A stretch of DNA of 64,000 nucleotides from Macrostomum lignano (lineage: Eukaryota), in the NCBI GenBank assembly GCA_002269645.1, contig NIVC01001036.1, positions 62,001 to 126,000 of the forward strand. The letters are read 5' to 3'. Made by a program: the position numbers and the translations under genes. The notes beneath the pieces are model-generated. The model was not told the DNA's origin. It ran no database searches and worked only from the letters and a program-made list of their open reading frames with translations. Shown one piece after another: positions 24,801 to 39,480 of this stretch; the first letter of the stretch is position 1; each line of letters opens with the position of its first letter.

Positions 24801-25876
24801 AAGCGTTTTATTGTCAGAGATTCTGAAAATGACTCTTGGACGGTGGAGTGGTATCTGAGGCGTTAGAGTCGCTGAATTACATATAGAGTCCTGGTGTTGC
24901 GTCACTTTATGAATTAGAATCGAATATCGCATTTAAAACAACTTTATTTAGTCTACTTGAGTTAGTAGAAAGTTAAGCGCTGACCGCTAACACAGACTTT
25001 TTTATGATTCTGCAACTCACGTGATGCACTAGTGACTCAACAGTCGCCTCTCCGTCGCATTCATTAAAGTCGTTTATCATAGATAGTTGTTACTCCTAAA
25101 ATAAACTAACTCCTAAAATAAACTCTAAAAAGGACCTTTAAAGCTTATTTAAGTACTGAAATTGTTTTTAATTGCTAGTGAAAAAATATTTAAATTTAAA
25201 ACTAGCGGGTAAAAAGCGCGAGTATATCAAAAATTGCCTCGGCAGCTAATTAGTTATCAAAAACCTTTATTTTTACGAATCATAATCAGGCATCGCACCT
25301 ATTCATCACCGCCTTAACCTCGTCGTAGGCGCCAACCGAGGCCAGGTGTCGCATTGTCTGATTCATTATTCGCCTAGTGGGCAGGAATCGATCCTCGCCG
25401 ATCATGTCTCGATGCAGCAGGCGCACAATGCCGGCCGTGTCGCCGGCCTCCGCTAGCTTGTCTAGCCGTCGCAGATACCAGCCTTCGTCGTGCTTCCTGC
25501 CGACTCGCGCTAGAGGCCGATGATCGGGTAGCCGGTCCTCGTCAATAATAACTGTATCGTCTGGCGCCGATTCCGACATAGCGTCGGCGGCCTCTTCTAG
25601 GCCGAGCTCGATGTCGATCCGGGCGGATTCGGGCGGCTCTACTAGGCTGCTGGTGCGGGCCAGGGCGCCGAATTCGAAGCCAGATTTGTCCGTCCGCATC
25701 GGCTGCTGTTGCTGTTCAACCCGACGCCGATTGGCTTTGTTCCGATTGGCCAGCTGTCCAAATCGAAACGCGCTGCTGGAGTCCTCCATGGTGGCCACGG
25801 AGCTGCTGCCAAGCCGGCGACTGGCCGCAGCCACTGTCCTGGTGGCAGATGATAGGCACAGGCGACAGAGCAGCAT
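21848..25876 (-). CDS. PTCD1: Mitochondrial pentatricopeptide-repeat protein, PTCD1-like, 715 aa. Exons 25876-25299, 24525-24282, 23646-23465, 22991-21848.
   Basis: The N-terminus is Arg/Ser/Ala-rich, like a presequence (MLLCRLCLSSATRTVAAASRRL). The helical repeats resemble PTCD1 as I recall it (WYLRRLDKLAEAG..RDMIGEDRFLP; DKTSGSAIALLVWR; RCLRACGIG; YNALLRYRVR; PDRDTYVALGGAC). All four exons join in frame via GT-AG introns (578+244+182+1144 = 2148 nt). Confidence 0.85.
23043..23403 (+). mobile_element. tRNA-derived SINE, family B, copy 2 (antisense in PTCD1 intron 3)
   Basis: Colinear with the copies at 20350 and 60052. A box tagcccagcggtc and B box ggctcgattcc. Confidence 0.85.
23800..24245. 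repeat. Minisatellite, 31-34-bp unit (ggacactgagggagcagcggcaaccaatgctgca), in PTCD1 intron 2
   Basis: Direct tandem repeat. Confidence 0.93.
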
Positions 25877-26589
25877 TAATGCAGAAAGAGTTTATTTTAG
25901 TTTTATTTTTATGGCTTTAAGATTGCATGTTAGAGGTTGCATGAGAGATAGCCCTTGAGTAATTGCTCAAAAAGTAGAGTTCCCACGTAGCTAAGGATAC
26001 GGTTACAGGAAGTTACAGACACGGAGATTTTTTTATTTCCTAAGAAATCCTTAGTCCCTGGGGTTGGAGACTTAAGCAACGGATTTTCGATGCCACATGC
26101 ATGTTTTCTTGTTGGGGCTTAAGTTAATATGAGTGCAGTTGCAACCATTGCAGTTCCAACCAGTTCCAACACTCTTGTCAACTCCGACACGAAAGCGTTG
26201 CTTCTTGTCGATATGGTTTCCTCCTCGTAATATGCAGTTCCATATTTGAATTTGTCACTAATTGTTTTGCTGAGCTAGTTAATCTACTGATTAGTTGTGA
26301 CTCGTACTTGAGTAGTTTTGGGCTGGCTCTCTGTTTGTCGGAAGCTACAAACCAGCAAGTCACTTCTGTTCGCGGTTACAGTTTCTAGTGACTTTGTTTT
26401 TTATAGGGTTCTTTTTCTCCCCGAATTTGTAGCCGGAGGTACTTAATTTTCAATTTGCAGCTATCTTGATGATCGATAATATTGGTGCAGAACTTAGAGC
26501 TTAGTTGCACGTCCAGTGTCGCATTGGGCAGTGTTACAATCCAGTTTTAATTATCTGTTATTCAATTGATCAGTTTTCTATGTCTTCCC

Positions 26590-27310
26590 TCTACAGATCC
26601 TGGCTCTTCGCATAGTCATCGAGGAAGCGAAAGGGCCGTGCTTCCAATGGTGTTTCGTGCTTACAGCATGCCAGAGAGGCTGATTACAGCCGTCATGGCA
26701 CTGTATCATAGCACGATAGCTGCTGTGCTGACACCGGGCGGCTTGTCGGATTTCTTTGAGAATCCTCTCGAGTGCTTCAGGGAGATACGCTTGTGCCGTT
26801 CCTGTTCGTCCTGGTGCTGCGGACTACTCTCCCTTCTAACGAAGACGGCTGCAGCGATGCGTGGGTCGACGCCAACTGGAGAGGCGGCTCAGCGTGCTTG
26901 GCTACGCCGACGATCTCGCCCTGCTGCCCTCGACCGTCGAGGGCGCCCAGCGCCACGTTCGCGAGGACCTGCGACGTCGCCGCGGACTTGCCTGGGCTGC
27001 CATCCGCTCTGCAAGGGCTGTCGTGAAGTCGGAGGCAATGCCTGGTCGCCAGAGGGCGGCGATATTCCAGGCGGTGATCGAGACTGTACTGTCCTACAAC
27101 GCCTAGATCGGTACGCTGGCGGAATCGCTTGAACAGCAGGTCGATGCAGCGCACGCCCCCTTCATGATTGGCTACGAGCAAGTCACTCACTCTATCGCCG
27201 GAATGGCCTGTCCCGTCCCAGCGAACTGTTGCACCGTCGGTGCAGGAGGTGCTGTCGCTGACGCCGCAGGCACCCTACCGGCGAGGACAGGCGTGCGCAC
27301 TCGACCTCAA
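26590..27310 (+). mobile_element. Degenerate, internally deleted non-LTR retrotransposon (RTE-like LINE) reverse-transcriptase and 3' fragment
   Basis: Frameshifted pieces read ILALRIVIEE, MVFRAYSMPERLITAVMALY, LQGDTLVPFLF, LGYADDLALL (YADD motif), RAAIFQAVIETVLSYNA and QEVLSLTPQAPYRRGQA. The 3' part matches the element at 31135-31510. Confidence 0.88.
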
Positions 27311-30306
27311 AAAGCCCTATTACGAGTGCGAGGCTCATGCAGTACCGAATATTATACAGGGCAGTGTATTACATTGTTAACGTAAACGAGAACGCAAAGG
27401 CAAAATACAAAGCAATGAATGGTTTGAGAGGGGTATGGGCATGGCTAGTGCTCACGCAGTTTCTCTCTGCAATTTTTAGGCAACCATCAACCACCACTGC
27501 ACCCCAAAGCATTTGCTGCGAGTCTTCTGTCTCCTGTGTTCGCAGGCTCGCTGACTTGGACCTCAAACCTCAGCTTCGGCATTGAGGTTGGCTAGTTTAA
27601 AGATAGTCTGTTTGCATAGTGTTCATATCACAAAGTATCTATTGAAATATTATTCCAATCTAATCACTTATACAAATACTTGATATCTATTATAACTAAA
27701 AATAATATACAACTTAAATTTTTTAAAAGAAATTAGACAATTATAAAAGTATACTACTAGGTCTAAGATAGATTGAAACCCTTAAGTGATTTCATTATGG
27801 ATTACTAGCAATCTAGTGCCCCCTTCAGGGCGCCCAATAAGCAAGGAGCAAAAATTATTCATGTAAATTCATTAGAAAAGCATATTTTCATAAATTAAAA
27901 TTTTGATTTAATTAAAATTTGACTTTTGGAAGTGTGTAAAAGAGTGGCGAAAAATAAACTAATTTTTGCTATATATACATGCATTTTGTTCTGTATAAGC
28001 AGTATATCAAGAGTAAAAAGTGAGTTTTGGTCATACAAAACTTTGTTTTTCTGAATTTTGATTTTAGAAAATTTCAATTACCATTTTGGAAAGTTAGCAA
28101 ATTTTAATTTTGACAGAAAATGATTTCTAATAATCCTAAAGCGCATTAAAATAACTTGACTCTTTTTCTAAAGCACGCATCCACAAGTTTTCAACATTTA
28201 TTCCAATAGGGACACCAAGTCATTTAGATTAAATGTCACAAAACAGTTATGACATAACTAATTTCAAAGGCAAGTCAATATTAGTTTCAATTAACATTGG
28301 CAATATGGTTACATAATGTAAATCAAGTTTAATGCTACATTCTTCTACACTATATTTTCAACACTATAATGCAATTCCAATTGATGTTAAAATTTTTAGC
28401 TAGTACACAAACAATAAATAAAAAGCCTTGTATAATGCAATCTTTATCAGAACCAGAATTCAGTCAGTTTTTTTAACATTTTTATAAGTATTTCAAATTG
28501 AAAAGTCCATTTGACCTTTGAAAAAAACATGTTTTTTTATATTTAATCACTTTAGCATTGAGAAATTACTTAGCCAAGACATATGTACCATTAGGGGAAA
28601 TTTATACATAAATTTGAAAAAGTTTCTTAAAGTTTGAAGAAAATTGGTTTAATCATTTTTCTCTAATTAAAATTAGATAGCAAGTCAATTTGCCAAAAGT
28701 TGATCTGCCAAAAGTCAATTTACTAAATGTAGGTTGTTTTGCCAAAAGTTTTTTGTTAAACAAATAAACAACAAACAACAACAAAATCAATCTTGTATAA
28801 GCCTACAATTATTTGTTTTTTTAACTGCTATTGAACAATCTGGACATCTTATGTATAGCTAATAAATCTTTAATAATTGTTCATGAGTTTAAAGTGGCAA
28901 GGGAAAGGCAGAAAAAGGTAGGGGTAAAGGCGCTACTACCTACTACTTACTGTCATATAATGTAGAAAATAAAAAAATGTCTATTGATACAAATTGTCTA
29001 AATTGCCATATACTATATAGCCTATAAATGGCAAGTTGTTAGGCAAAAAATATTTTCTTTATATTTTACAATTAAAAAATTGTACTAGCAAAGAGAAATA
29101 TTCTGTAATTAATAATGAATTAAAATAATTTTAGGCAATGACAGCCAACAAATCAAATTTATGATATTTAACATGTTATCAATCAAGTTTTAGCAAATTG
29201 ACTTAAGTTTTGGCAAAAATATATTTGGCAAATCATCTTTTGGCAAAAAAAGTTTTTTTGCAAATTATCTAGTATTCATAAATCATATAAAATAGATTTT
29301 TATCTACCAACAAGACATTTTTTAGTATATGGATTATATTAGACATTATATAAAAAAAAGAATTTAATCAAACTTAAACTAAGCCATAAACAATAAGCAA
29401 CTATCAGCAAACTATTTTGATATAATTATAGTACTCCTAGTTCTAGTCCTATTCTGTGCATATTTTAAACCAAAACCACTAGCCCTAAATTAATACAATT
29501 TTATATTTAGTAGGTCCCTACTGTTATGCATGAAAAGAAGTTGACTTTGCTTGTTAATTTTCCTTTCTAAAATCGAAATTGATAGCTTTATTGTTAAATT
29601 CCCAAGTGTCTCACTTAATATTATATTACATTACAATACATATATTATAATATTACATATTATATTATATTCTAAAGATAATACTTGATGTTATTGTTAG
29701 CCTCTCTCTTGTAATAGTACAATTAATTGAATGCCAGTTAAATAATAGTAGTTTATCTGTTTAGCTAAGTAGTCTAGCCTAGTTAGTATTAACAGTTTAT
29801 CATTAACTTAATTTACAATAAGTAAGGAATAGAAACTGGTGCGTTTTCAACAACCACCGCATACATTAATTTTCAATTTTCATTAAATGAAGTTTCACGA
29901 GTCGATAATTTTTCAAAATTTAAACTTTCTGTGGAGTTAGAAGATTTATATTCATTAAAACAAAGTGAATGTTGGTTAAGGGGACGCCGTATGCTGTTCT
30001 TTACTTAGTAAATTTAAAAGTTAGGCTTCTGTGTATAGTTTTTGCACCGATTGATGTAGAACTGAAAATATTAAGACGATGGGACAGGGACCCAGGGACG
30101 AAGGGCAACACTTTTGCATTTGGTTAAGACCAAACCCAAGGACTATTCAAGTAGTAGCAGTTGAGTAGTCTTTGGTATTACTGTACAGAACTTGGGCACC
30201 ATGCCATAAGCAGTCCAATCTACCGAAGTGCCGCTTACCGAAAGCATGGGCACTGAAATGAAATGCCTGGCAAGTGTCAACCCTCTCAGTGGAACTATAA
30301 TAACAA

Positions 30307-30987
<681 letters not shown>

Positions 30988-31134
30988 GTGAAATATAGGC
31001 TCATTTTCATGAAGAAAGATACATCTACGTTTCAATACGTTTAAATTCATCCGCAAAATATGTAGGCACAACAAAGATCTCAACAAATGTCGATGATATA
31101 TGTTTTCTGTCTCAACATGATGCCCATGCCAACA

Positions 31135-31510
31135 ACAACAAAAACAAAGTACGCTGTCAGGTGGAAAAAACCAGCGTCACAGGGCACGCTTCAGAGCCTG
31201 GGCGCGAACAAAGGCCGCACCGCCGGCAGATTCCGGGGCGCCAGCGTTGGCCAGCAGGCAGTCGACGAAACGCCGAGTTCGGGCCTGGCCGCGCCGGTAG
31301 GGTGCCTGCAGCGTTAGCAGCAGCACCTCCTGCACCGGCTGCGAGCAGTAGGACTCGGCGCGGATGATGTGGCCTGCCAGCTGGAGTCGCCGAGGTCGCA
31401 GCAGTTCACTTGGACGGGCCAGGCAGGCGCGGCGATAGAGTGCCGCGTTAGTGATCCGCTCGTCGCTGATCTTAAAGGCGGCGCGCAGCAGGCCAGGCAC
31501 CCATGCCATG
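31135..31510 (-). mobile_element. 5'-truncated 3' end of the same RTE-like LINE family
   Basis: LLRAAFKISDERITNAALY...RRLQLAGHIIRAESYC..PVQEVLLLTLQAPYRRGQARTRRFVDCL* is followed by a short UTR and a (TTG)n tail. It shares QEVLxLTxQAPYRRGQA with 27240-27300. Confidence 0.85.
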
Positions 31511-32129
31511 GACCACTGTAGTGATTTGTCATGTAGTCCGTCTTCTACAGTGGTCCTTGGTGTACATTACATCCATTACATATGTGCATACATGTATTAC
31601 ACCGGCGACTCGGCCTATTCGAGCACGGCGTTCATGTAAGTGGCTCGTCAACAAGTAGGTCACTGCTGTCCGCTTGACAGACAGCAGCACGCGGGAGTGA
31701 GCAGGCGCTTGAACTAGCTAAACCCGATTGCGACCGTTTAAGAACAACAAAATGCTCCAGGTAGGATGGATAATCGCGGGTGCAATAAAAATCTTGTTAA
31801 GCAAACAGATGAGGGCTCAAAATCTTAACTACTGATAGATGCTTTCATTCTTGTCCATCGTGTATTTTGGCAACATTCTAAGAGAATAAATTTGGAAAGA
31901 AAGCTCGCAGCTTTCTGCGATCGCAGTGAGACATTTAGTTGCCAGAAGAAACACCCACGACTACTAGGATAAGAAGTTTTCAAAGGTTCGAATAGAGAAG
32001 TTAGCTGTATCGATAGCAGTTATATTGGCCAAAAACCATGGGATAAGTTTTCTGAGTTCATTTTTAACTCTCACAAAGTTCACAATCAGGCGCTGATTAA
32101 AACAAACAACCGTCTTGACCATCTGGTTC

Positions 32130-33017
32130 CTAGGTCACCAGAATGGCAATGTAGTCCGCGTGCTGAATTGTTGAACTCATTGACTGTGTCGGATCGGTGC
32201 TGTAGACAATTGTCGGGATGGGATTAGTCGATCTGTACATGGCGCACACATCGATCTGATTGTCTAAGACAGCCATAAAATTGCGGTCGTTGCTGCAGCC
32301 ATTATAATCAATATTGATAAAAAATCTTCGTTCATTTGTCTTATCCGTGGCTCCTTCAATAGAAAAGTAGTTCGTGTTCATTGACGACAGGCTGGTCATA
32401 GGCCAGCTCTGCACAAGGCGCTCCTTGCTGAACCAATTCAGGCTGGTGACACCTGGAGCATTTGTGCCAACATCGAACACGAGTCTCACAACAACGGCGG
32501 AGTTCTTGTACAGCTGCACGATGAACTGCTTGAAAGTCAGTCCAGAGATCAGACGCTGCACATCATCGAGCAGACCGGAGCGGAAGGTGTCCAGCATGGC
32601 GGCCGCGTCAGGGTGCATTGGCTGCACCGCGTAGTCAGGTCGAGATGGTGGGTCGGTCAGCACCTCCCATACCTTTTGACCGCAGCCGCTCTTCACGCTC
32701 ATGACGACGTGCTCAAGAGCCGTCAGTCCGACTGGCATGAACACGGTGCAGTCAGTTGTACACAGCTCGTAGCGGGGGCACACAGCGGCTGTCACGTGAC
32801 ACGCGTCTTCACTTGACGACGTCATAACTGCAGCGGACTCAGCGGCCGACATTGAGGCGTAGAAGCTGCAGGTTCGCTCACTGGCAGCAACGATGATCGA
32901 GCCCGGATCAGCGCACACCGGCTTAAAGGAGTACCTCAGGTATTGCAGGCTGCGGGCAGCTTTGGCCGCCGCAATAAGCAGTAGAATATGAAGAGAGAAA
33001 TTTTGCTGTAGCAGCAT
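32130..33017 (-). CDS. Intronless secreted protein, 295 aa: signal peptide, Cys-rich PAN/apple-like region and an uncharacterised C-terminal domain
   Basis: Non-repetitive 888-nt ORF with a hydrophobic N-terminus (MLLQQNFSLHILLLIAAAKA) and a Cys cluster at residues 35-112. The C-terminus reads NWFSKERL..NYFSIEG..RRFFINIDYNGCSND. Confidence 0.85.
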   Translation of the reverse strand: MLLQQNFSLHILLLIAAAKAARSLQYLRYSFKPVCADPGSIIVAASERTCSFYASMSAAESAAVMTSSSEDACHVTAAVCPRYELCTTDCTVFMPVGLTALEHVVMSVKSGCGQKVWEVLTDPPSRPDYAVQPMHPDAAAMLDTFRSGLLDDVQRLISGLTFKQFIVQLYKNSAVVVRLVFDVGTNAPGVTSLNWFSKERLVQSWPMTSLSSMNTNYFSIEGATDKTNERRFFINIDYNGCSNDRNFMAVLDNQIDVCAMYRSTNPIPTIVYSTDPTQSMSSTIQHADYIAILVT

Positions 33018-33594
33018 ATTGAGTTATTGCTCTAGCAGACCAGTGCAAGCTCCTGGCGCTTAAGGATTTTATCAGAAATTTTTATAGAAATTTCATCCGT
33101 GTCTCCGTGCAGGGCCGTGAATTTCTAATGTATGACAGGTTATTGACAAAAGGCTGAAATTTGATGGACAAAGCTCCGGGTAAAAGCCAGGATAGAAATT
33201 AAAAGATAGAAATGCAAAGAGTCACTACTAACTATCTTCATCGTCTGTAAAGCCATAAAAGTTCTGAGGCAGGAACTTTTTGTTTGGGCTCTGTTTTGGC
33301 AACTGAACGCTGCACTAAGTAGAGGCATGAACGAGTATTCCACTAATGACTAGTGCTCCATCATTCCTCATTTCCTCTTCACTGCAATATGCTATCGCCC
33401 TGGCCTCCACAATCTTTCTATTCTCAACCGTTGCACAGCAGTTTATGGCTGCATAGCAACTTGTTAAACACATTCAGCCCAACCTGAGTCTGGGAGATGC
33501 ACTCTTAGACTATAAGCTAGATGGATGAAGTTATCGAATAAACAACTATTTCTCATTTACTAGCACTCTACCTACCTCATGGTCCATAGGTGTA

Positions 33595-33690
33595 GCACCC
33601 GTGCCTACCCTGCATGGTCCTTCGATACAGAACCTGTGCCTACCCTGCATGGTCCTTCGATACAGCACCTGTGCCTACCCTGCATGGTCC
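33595..33690. repeat. Short tandem repeat, ~34-bp unit (cctgtgcctaccctgcatggtccttcgatacag), ~2.5 copies
   Basis: Direct repeat. Confidence 0.85.
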
Positions 33691-34972
33691 TACTAAAAAT
33701 AAAACTAAGAATTAGAATCACGTTTTAATTAAACAAACAGAAAATAAGTACGCGTATGTTAGAATAAAACGCAACGAAAAAGTGCCCGATTGTCACAAGA
33801 GAAATCTAACCATTTTAATCGTATTGAGGCTAAAATAAAAAAAATGCACCGGAAGCTTAGACTAGACTATTTTAATTTCGAGCAAAGTTCGCTAACCCGA
33901 AATTCACTGACAAATCCAACTATCAAGGCTTCAGTAAGATAGAGGCAATCAATTCCAAACTACAATTTATCCAGACTAAGAAGAACCCCAGGTGCTATCT
34001 GGATGCTCTCAGAAAATGTCAAGTTACATTTCCATGACGACAAGGGCCGAATGGTATCTAAACTAGGTTTAAAAAATTCTGCCGTTTGGATTTGATTTTC
34101 TTCCACTCACCAGCGTTGCTAGGTAGCACATCTAGCGGCCCCTGGAACCAATTTGCACTGGCTGACCCAGTGCTCTCATTTTTGTCTAAGTTGAGACAAT
34201 GACGTTTCAGTGCAACAGAAGAAAAAATCTAATATTTTTAAGAACTGCTGCCACACAACACAAGTGGCGTTATTCCCTGCAACCCAAACAGCAACAATTG
34301 AAAAGAAGATGAAGGCAATTATTAAATGAAAATTCGAAATCAGCATCAAAATCTGACAAAAATTCCTGCGGCTCAATGATTGATAAAATCAGGCAAACTC
34401 GAAACTTTTCCTATTGTTCTCCATCTGCTTCGGGCTTTTCCTCGGGCTGCTCTCGATTGTTGGTGAGACAAAATACATACCCGTTGAAATTGTCTTAACA
34501 GTTTTATCTATGGCCAAAATAGTAGCACTAGCGGGTGAAGGGCAATAGTGTCTGTCCATGACTCTATGGTCGTTGCTGCACCAACTGTTTCACAGCAGTG
34601 CTTGTTTTTACCATAGAAGCGTTCGCTAGTGTATTTAGCGGCCGTCTCCGACGCCTCGAAAACCCCGGGTTTGGGCCACAGACACCAGCTAGTGCATGAG
34701 AGCAGCAGAAGCTATAGTCTATGGTCTGAACACCAGGTTTTTGCTCTGCGGCCAGGCGGCTGGAGTGGCCCATCTAGGTAATATAGAGTCTGTGGGCTCA
34801 ACTGCATGGGCTGAAATAAAAATAATTGAGCAGTAATAAAAGTACAATTGAAAAAGTCAGGTTAAAATGTTGATTGTTTCCATTGAAATTTTGACACGTG
34901 GGTAAACAAATATTAGTGACATTGACTTTGTAAGCGGCGACTTAGTTTATAACCGTACTATAATAACGACAA

Positions 34973-35177
34973 TTAACTCAGCATCTCTTGAGTTCACCCA
35001 GCTGTAAAATGGGTGCCAGCTAATTTTGGGTTATTTGAGGGTGTGTGTGGCGGTCTCCCCTCAGTCCTTGGACTGAACAGCCGTACGCAGACTTCAGTTG
35101 CGCCGCGCAATAGCTGCGGCTGAGCTGTCGGTTGCACATCTACTCATCAGGTTAGGTTTAATCACTTATTATTATTA
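34973..35177 (+). mobile_element. SINE family A, 5'-truncated copy
   Basis: It matches the reverse complement of 4754-4925 (gttcacccagctgtaaaatgg...cagtccttggactgaacagccgtacgcag...gtcggttgcacatct) and has a (TTA)n tail. Confidence 0.88.
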
Positions 35178-35589
35178 CTATATATTAAAATTTCTTGTCG
35201 CACTCGCCAACACAAAGTGCCAATCGTGCCGGAAATTCTGTGGCGTCAGAAACTCGCCCAGCTGATGCTAAATGCCAACTGCTCGCACCTGATGCCAGAA
35301 TTGCCTAACAGAAGAAGCAGTCTGCTGGTCAACGCATTCTTAACCAAGTCGCTGGCCGCTTTCGGCCAGAGCCCGGACAGTGCCGAGCTGAACGCCTGTC
35401 TCAGCGCGTCCGAGCGACTACAGTCGGAGTCCGACCTGGCCAGCACGAGCACGAGGATCGGCCTGCTGTTCGCCTCGCAGGCCGTCGTCCAGTTGATTGT
35501 CAATGTGGGCGTTAAGCCGCTCAATGATAAAATTGGATTCCGCGTGCCCATGCTCATTGGATTCGGGTTCTTGATGGCGTCTACCCTCA

Positions 35590-36965
<1,376 letters not shown>

Positions 36966-37477
36966 GACATTAGAGCGTACATGCACTCATGACTTCATTA
37001 GAGAGTTCCATGAGCCAATGAATCAAGTTCAAACCTGAGTTCATGCGTTAACGAGTGAGTAGATTGCATGTATATCTTCCAGCAGCGCCACCCCACCCCG
37101 CACCTCTCTGCACCGGCAGTGTTCGCCTTCTCCAACTCCTATGCCGGCCTGTTCGCTGCCAGGTCAGTCCGGGGATCGGCTCGGCATTCGTTTGCGTCAC
37201 CAGTGAGCGAATTGCATTTTTTGGCGCTTTAAACCGAAATTTTACAATACGCATAACATGCCAAGTCTTTGTTCAACTAATCCCTAGGCCTGACTCTCGT
37301 TGCCACCCTCTACAAGAATCAAAGAGTCAAAGAATCAAAAGAGTCGAGCTGAGGCACTGAGCCTGTCTCTGGGGTCGATGTGACTGGGCGTCCTCGGTGA
37401 GAACTCGTCAGCTCGTGTCGGTTGTGTCATACACGTATAGGGATGACATTTTTCAGCGAGAAAGTCCGGAATGGTTG

Positions 37478-39037
37478 GTCACAATCATCTGACATGGTAG
37501 GTCACAATCATCTGACATGGTAGGTCACAATCATCTGACATGGTAGGTCACAATCATCTGACATGGTAGGTCACAATCATCTGACATGGTAGGTCACAAT
37601 CATCTGACATGGTAGGTCACAATCATCTGACATGGTAGGTCACAATTATCTGACATGGTAGGTCACAATCATCTGACATGGTAGGTCACAATCATCTGAC
37701 ATGGTAGGTCACAATCATCTGACATGGTAGGTCACAATCATCTGACATGGTAGGTCACAATTATCGGACATGGTAGGTCACAATCATCTGACATGGTAGG
37801 TCACAATCATCTGACATGGTAGGTCACAATCATCTGACATGGTAGGTCACAATCATCTGACATGGTAGGTCACAATCATCTGACATGGTAGGTCACAATC
37901 ATCTGACATGGTAGGTCACAATTATCTGACATGGTAGGTCACAATTATCTGACATGATAGGTCACAATCATCTGACATGGTAGGTCACAATCATCTGACA
38001 TGGTAGGTCACAATCATCTGACATGGTAGGTCACAATCATCTGACATGATAGGTCACAATCATCTGACATGGTAGGTCACAATCATCTGACATGGTAGGT
38101 CACAATCATCTGACATGGTAGGTCACAATCATCTGACATGGTAGGTCACAATCATCTGACATGGTAGGTCACAATCATCTGACATGGTAGGTCACAATCA
38201 TCTGACATGGTAGGTCACAATCATCTGACATGGTAGGTCACAATCATATGACATGGTAGGTCACAATTATCTGACATGATAGGTCACAATCATCTGACAT
38301 GGTAGGTCACAATCATCTGACATGGTAGGTCACAATCATCTGACATGGTAGGTCACAATCATCTGACATGGTAGGTCACAATCATCTGACATGGTAGGTC
38401 ACAATCATCTGACATGGTAGGTCACAATCATCTGACATGGTAGGTCACAATCATCTGACATGGTAGGTCACAATCATCTGACATGATAGGTCACAATCAT
38501 CTGACATGATAGGTCACAATCATCTGACATGGTAGGTCACAATCATCTGACATGATAGGTCACAATTATCTGACATGATAGGTCACAATCATATGACATG
38601 GTAGGTCACAATCATCTGACATGGTAGGTCACAATCATATGACATGGTAGGTCACAATTATCTGACATGGTAGGTCACAATCATCTGATATGGTAGGTCA
38701 CAATCATCTGACACGATAGGTCACAATCATCTGACATGGTAGGTCACAATTATCTGACATGGTAGGTCACAATCATCTGACATAGTATGTCACAATCATC
38801 TGACATGGTAGGTCACAATCATCTGACATGGTAGGTCACAATCATCTGACATGGTAGGTCACAATCATCTGACACGGTAGGTCACAATCATATGACATGG
38901 TAGGTCACAATCATCTGACATGGTAGGTCACAATTATCTTACATGGTAGGTCACAATCATATGACATGGTAGGTCACAATCATATGACATGGTAGGTCAT
39001 AATCATCTGACATGGTAGGTCACAATTATCTGACATG
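37478..39037. repeat. Minisatellite, 23-bp unit (ggtcacaatcatctgacatggta), ~67 copies
   Basis: Highly homogeneous tandem repeat. Confidence 0.98.
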
Positions 39038-39199
39038 CTCGATCCGCAGATTGTCCTGGCCTCAACTGTTCTGGCATTTGACAGCCTCAGCCTGGCCATC
39101 CTGCAGCCCACCCTGCCCGTCTGGATGCGCCAGACAATGGGCGCCACGGCCTGGCAGCAGGGAGTCGCCTTCCTGCCCACCTCCGCTGCCTACGTGATT

Positions 39200-39480
<281 letters not shown>

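Noticed and set aside
37478-39037. CRISPR-like appearance of the regular 23-, 28- and 32-bp arrays
   Set aside because: They are head-to-tail repeats with no unique spacers and no cas genes, in a eukaryotic context.
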